A stretch of DNA of 64,000 bases from positions 1 through 64,000 of the forward strand of contig JABIHA010000068.1 of assembly GCA_018649885.1 (NCBI GenBank), written 5' to 3'. Source of the stretch: Bacteriovoracaceae bacterium (lineage in GTDB: Bacteria > Bdellovibrionota > Bacteriovoracia > Bacteriovoracales > Bacteriovoracaceae). The translations under genes and the position numbers were made by a program. The stretch's first letter is position 1, and the number at the start of each line of letters is the position of its first letter. This document shows positions 61,168-64,000 of this stretch, piece by piece. The notes under the pieces are model-generated. The model saw only the letters and a program-made list of their open reading frames with translations, was not told where the DNA came from and made no database searches.

Positions 61168-61760
61168 TCAGTCTAGTGTTGCACTAGGATCTGGGTCTTG
61201 CTCTGGCCCTTGATCTTCAACCTTACCTGCTATATCTCGCGGTGCTTTAGATGAATCAAATTCTTCCTCTACCACCCCTAGCACATATTCTCTCATGGCC
61301 CGCCGTCCATAGAGAGAGCTCCTTGAACAAAAAGTATCATTGGTAAATCCACTCATAAAGATTTCTAAAACCCTTGCCTCTTCAACACTTGGATTAATAG
61401 TCTTTGCCCGAAGCATTAACTTACCCCAGTATTTTTTTGCTTCCTCACTTGGGTTTTGGACTCTCATAAGATGAGTTTTATCTTCTTTTGCATCTTTATT
61501 TGCTAAAAAACAGGAGTACCCGCACCGCCGATAGCAACAGCAATAAGGGGAATAGGTGAGCCTGTAAATGCGGTGACTACTGCAGCTCCAACACCCACGC
61601 CTAGTGCCACCCCAGTCCCAATGGCAATCGTTTTAACTTTGTGAAGTGCCTTTGCCCTTTTACTATATTTTTCAAAACAATTAAGAGCCTCATCTTTTTT
61701 TGCAAAGGCTGAGAGATTAAAAAGAAATAAGAATATTAGACTTGTAGAAAAAAACCTCAT
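61168..61760 (-). pseudogene. secreted Gly-rich hydrophobic-hairpin protein split by a one-base frameshift in an A6 tract
   Basis: Adding one base at 61505-61510 turns GTPVF* into GTPVFLANKDAKEDKTHLMRVQNP..., in frame with ORF 61168..61467 (197 aa total). Confidence 0.72.
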
Positions 61761-62533
61761 TTACACATCGCCCATGCTTGAGGAACGGACTTAAGAAGTT
61801 CAGCAGTTGTTTTACTCTCATGAATAGTGGCAGCCATTTCTCTCAAAAATTCTATAAATTCTTCTGAGGCCTCATTAATATCTGTAATAAAGAGAAGGTT
61901 CTTGGCCTGTGAGTTTCGAAGCCACCTCATCATTCTTTTTTGGTCATTCATCCCCTTGGCCATGCAGGTAGCATCGAGACCTGAAACTCTTTTAAATGAA
62001 GTATCAAATACAAAGACATCCATATTTGCACCACACTTTTCTTTTATCCTATTAACATATGTCCTTCTTTTGCAAGACCTTCCATCGAGAGACGATGGAT
62101 CAAGCTCTCTAAAGGAAGTGCTTATATCAATCCAAACCTCTAACTTAGAAAAGCTTTTTTTGATATTTTTAGCTTGCCCACAAAACATATCAAAATAATA
62201 ATTTTTATCACAACTGATCATGTCGGTATCAACTGAAGATACATACTTGTTATTTTTTTTCTGTTTTTTCTCTATCTTAATTTCTTTTTTAAGGTTTTTA
62301 TTGGGATTAGGATACAAACCTATATTTGGATCAAAGCATTGGTCACCATAAGGGATACAAACATTTTGTGCCAACTTCTCACTGTAAACAGGCTCATCAC
62401 CATTGAAATGCTTCTCAAGTAATCCCATTTCATCAGGCATTAAAAACCACACTTCAATATGCTTAGGAATTGCAAAACTAGAAAAGCTAACAATAGAGCA
62501 GGTTATAAGCACAAAAAATTTCAATAAATGCAT
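61757..62533 (-). CDS. secreted hypothetical protein, possible vWA-like C-terminal domain
   Basis: Signal peptide from ATG 62533; WIDISTS and FITD motifs resemble a vWA MIDAS; several Cys pairs. Confidence 0.65.
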   Translation of the reverse strand: MHLLKFFVLITCSIVSFSSFAIPKHIEVWFLMPDEMGLLEKHFNGDEPVYSEKLAQNVCIPYGDQCFDPNIGLYPNPNKNLKKEIKIEKKQKKNNKYVSSVDTDMISCDKNYYFDMFCGQAKNIKKSFSKLEVWIDISTSFRELDPSSLDGRSCKRRTYVNRIKEKCGANMDVFVFDTSFKRVSGLDATCMAKGMNDQKRMMRWLRNSQAKNLLFITDINEASEEFIEFLREMAATIHESKTTAELLKSVPQAWAMCK

Positions 62534-62543
62534 TGTGCAATTT

Positions 62544-63146
62544 TTAGAATTCCACACCCTTTTGCCTAAAATATCTAAATAGTGAATTACCAACATCAAC
62601 AACTAAATCCTTTCCTTCTACATCCAGTTCAAGAAAATCACTTAGGTAAGCCTTTTGCCTTGGAGTAAGTCTTTCCAGCTTATCCCTTAGAGTAGTTGGA
62701 TTATTTCTAGCTCCATCATCGGCCCTAAAGGGAATGCTTCTGGTCTTCCCACCAATTTTCACCTTGGCGGTTGTAGTTCGTTCAGCAGTTCCAAGCGAAG
62801 AGAAGACATCATTAAACTCATCTTCCTCCTCTTCATTATCGGAAGATGGAGGTGGTTCCATAGGACCATCTTTATAGAACTGAATGAGTCTTTTAAATTG
62901 CTCGGTGGAATCCTCTTCGATGAAATCAATAATCTCGTGCAACGGAATATTTAACCTTGCAACAATCTTTGCAATGAATTGCTCGTCGAGTTCCCTGGTT
63001 TTCCTGTTCAAAAAGCGCGACATGGTGGAAATTCCCACCCCAACCAAATTGGCCAAGTCCTTTTGTGAAAGGGCTCCTCGTACTTGCATATACTTACGAA
63101 TTACACCTAGAAAATCGTCTAAATAATCTCTATTGAAGCGAACCAT
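62544..63146 (-). CDS. XRE-family helix-turn-helix transcriptional regulator
   Basis: LSQKDLA.LVGVG.STMSRF HTH; GGAGG RBS. Confidence 0.85.
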   Translation of the reverse strand: MVRFNRDYLDDFLGVIRKYMQVRGALSQKDLANLVGVGISTMSRFLNRKTRELDEQFIAKIVARLNIPLHEIIDFIEEDSTEQFKRLIQFYKDGPMEPPPSSDNEEEEDEFNDVFSSLGTAERTTTAKVKIGGKTRSIPFRADDGARNNPTTLRDKLERLTPRQKAYLSDFLELDVEGKDLVVDVGNSLFRYFRQKGVEF

Positions 63147-63164
63147 GTTAACCTCCTGAATTGC

Positions 63165-63191
63165 TTGTCGGAACGAAATTATATTTCTTGA
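63165..63191 (-). promoter_or_regulatory. sigma28 (FliA)-like promoter for the XRE gene
   Basis: Minus strand TCAA-N15-TCCGACAA versus consensus TAAA-N15-GCCGATAA. Confidence 0.55.
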
Positions 63192-63205
63192 TGCAATTTA
63201 TTTTC

Positions 63206-63234
63206 TTGACGCAATGGGTCAGACTTGCTATTCT
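63206..63234 (+). promoter_or_regulatory. sigma70-like promoter for the pentapeptide gene
   Basis: TTGACG-N17-TATTCT with an extended -10 TG. Confidence 0.65.
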
Positions 63235-63267
63235 GGGATTGTTGACACGCAGCCTAGGAGGCCACAA

Positions 63268-63696
63268 GTGAAAAGTACAACACTCAAGCACTTCTCAACT
63301 CAACCCCTAGTAAAGCCACACGAGGTCTACATGACCGTTCAATGTGAAGCTCTAAGTGATTGTATTCTTAAGGGAAAGATTATTTCCGGTTCCCTCCTCT
63401 CTCGCACAACTTTTTCGCGGGTGACTTTCGAAGGCTGCGTGTTCTTCGCCTCTGAAATAGAAGGATGTGAATTTGCAGGATGCAACTTTGTAAATTGTGA
63501 AATCCAATTTACTAACATCCAAGGATCTACTTTTGAAGCATGCAATTTTGAAAATTGCGATTGGGAATTATCAGAAGTTAAAAATTGCAATTTCTCAAGT
63601 ACTGGAATGGATTCCACTACTACTATTACCCTAGGAAAGGGAACAAACAGCATGGAAGCCTGCTTTATCGGCAACGGAATTGCTCAAGCAGCATAA
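63268..63696 (+). CDS. pentapeptide repeat protein
   Basis: xxFxx 5-residue periodicity (TTFSR VTFEG CVFFA...); AGGAGG RBS before GTG 63268. Confidence 0.85.
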   Translation: MKSTTLKHFSTQPLVKPHEVYMTVQCEALSDCILKGKIISGSLLSRTTFSRVTFEGCVFFASEIEGCEFAGCNFVNCEIQFTNIQGSTFEACNFENCDWELSEVKNCNFSSTGMDSTTTITLGKGTNSMEACFIGNGIAQAA

Positions 63697-63697
63697 T

Positions 63698-63931
63698 CAA
63701 CCAAGATGGTTGCGGGCTGGAAGCCCAGGGCAAGAAGCCCTTTGGTCATGGAGACCAGCAAGGATGAAGAGAATTGAGCAGGAAGCTCACCCAAGGATGA
63801 ACAAAATTGAGCAAGAAGCTCACCAAGGATGAACAAAATTAAGCAAGAAGCTCACCAAGGATGAAGAGAATTGAGCAGGAAGCTCAGCCAAGGATGAAGA
63901 AAATTGAGCAGGAGGCTCACCCGCATGCGGG
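63698..63931 (+). ncRNA. candidate CsrB/RsmZ-like multi-hairpin GGA sRNA
   Basis: Nine short hairpins with 5-nt purine-rich loops plus five CAAGGATG motifs; 10 GGA in total. Confidence 0.55.
63759..63921 (+). repeat. five tandem 32-33-bp repeats
   Basis: CAAGGATGAA(G/C)A(G/A)AATTGAGCA(G/A)GAAGCTCAC units start at 63759, 63792, 63824, 63856 and 63889. Confidence 0.93.
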
Positions 63932-64000
63932 CACTAAATAATGAAAAAGATTAAAAATATACCCGGAACAAGGACACCGCAAACTACTCAACCTACCTCA

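Noticed and set aside
63585..63767. 60-aa ORF running into the hairpin array
   Set aside because: Overlaps the pentapeptide gene out of frame, has no RBS, and the region is better explained as structured RNA.
63759..63921. CRISPR array
   Set aside because: Units are contiguous tandem copies with no unique spacers, and no cas genes are in the window.

Overview
AT-rich bacterial chromosomal window. The gene mix (many short signal-peptide hypotheticals, secreted hydrolases, a GldA/F/G-type ABC cluster, TolC plus RND without an adaptor, sigma28-like promoters) suggests a predatory Bdellovibrionota, probably Bacteriovoracales; this is inference, not a database result. Housekeeping content includes deaD, serS, tldD/pmbA, alkD, mtgA, tlyA, galE, dapF, mutY, a tRNA with anticodon CAT (probably Ile2) and a compact RNase P RNA. 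There is no CRISPR array, integrase or IS element. The most notable signals are: (1) a non-coding array of A(G/A)GA-loop hairpins and CAAGGATG motifs at 63698-63931 that looks like a CsrB/RsmZ-type sponge RNA, downstream of a divergent XRE regulator / pentapeptide-repeat pair with back-to-back sigma28-like and sigma70-like promoters; (2) two tandem AAA+ ATPases that both carry signal-peptide-like N-termini; (3) other normally cytosolic folds (Hsp20, CYTH, FAH) with signal peptides; (4) a four-helix-bundle gene in a cassette of 7-bp/95-bp repeats with complementary ends; (5) four single-base frameshifts at or next to homopolymers, all in exported hypothetical proteins (assembly error or phase variation). 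All calls come from reading motifs by eye; no searches were run.
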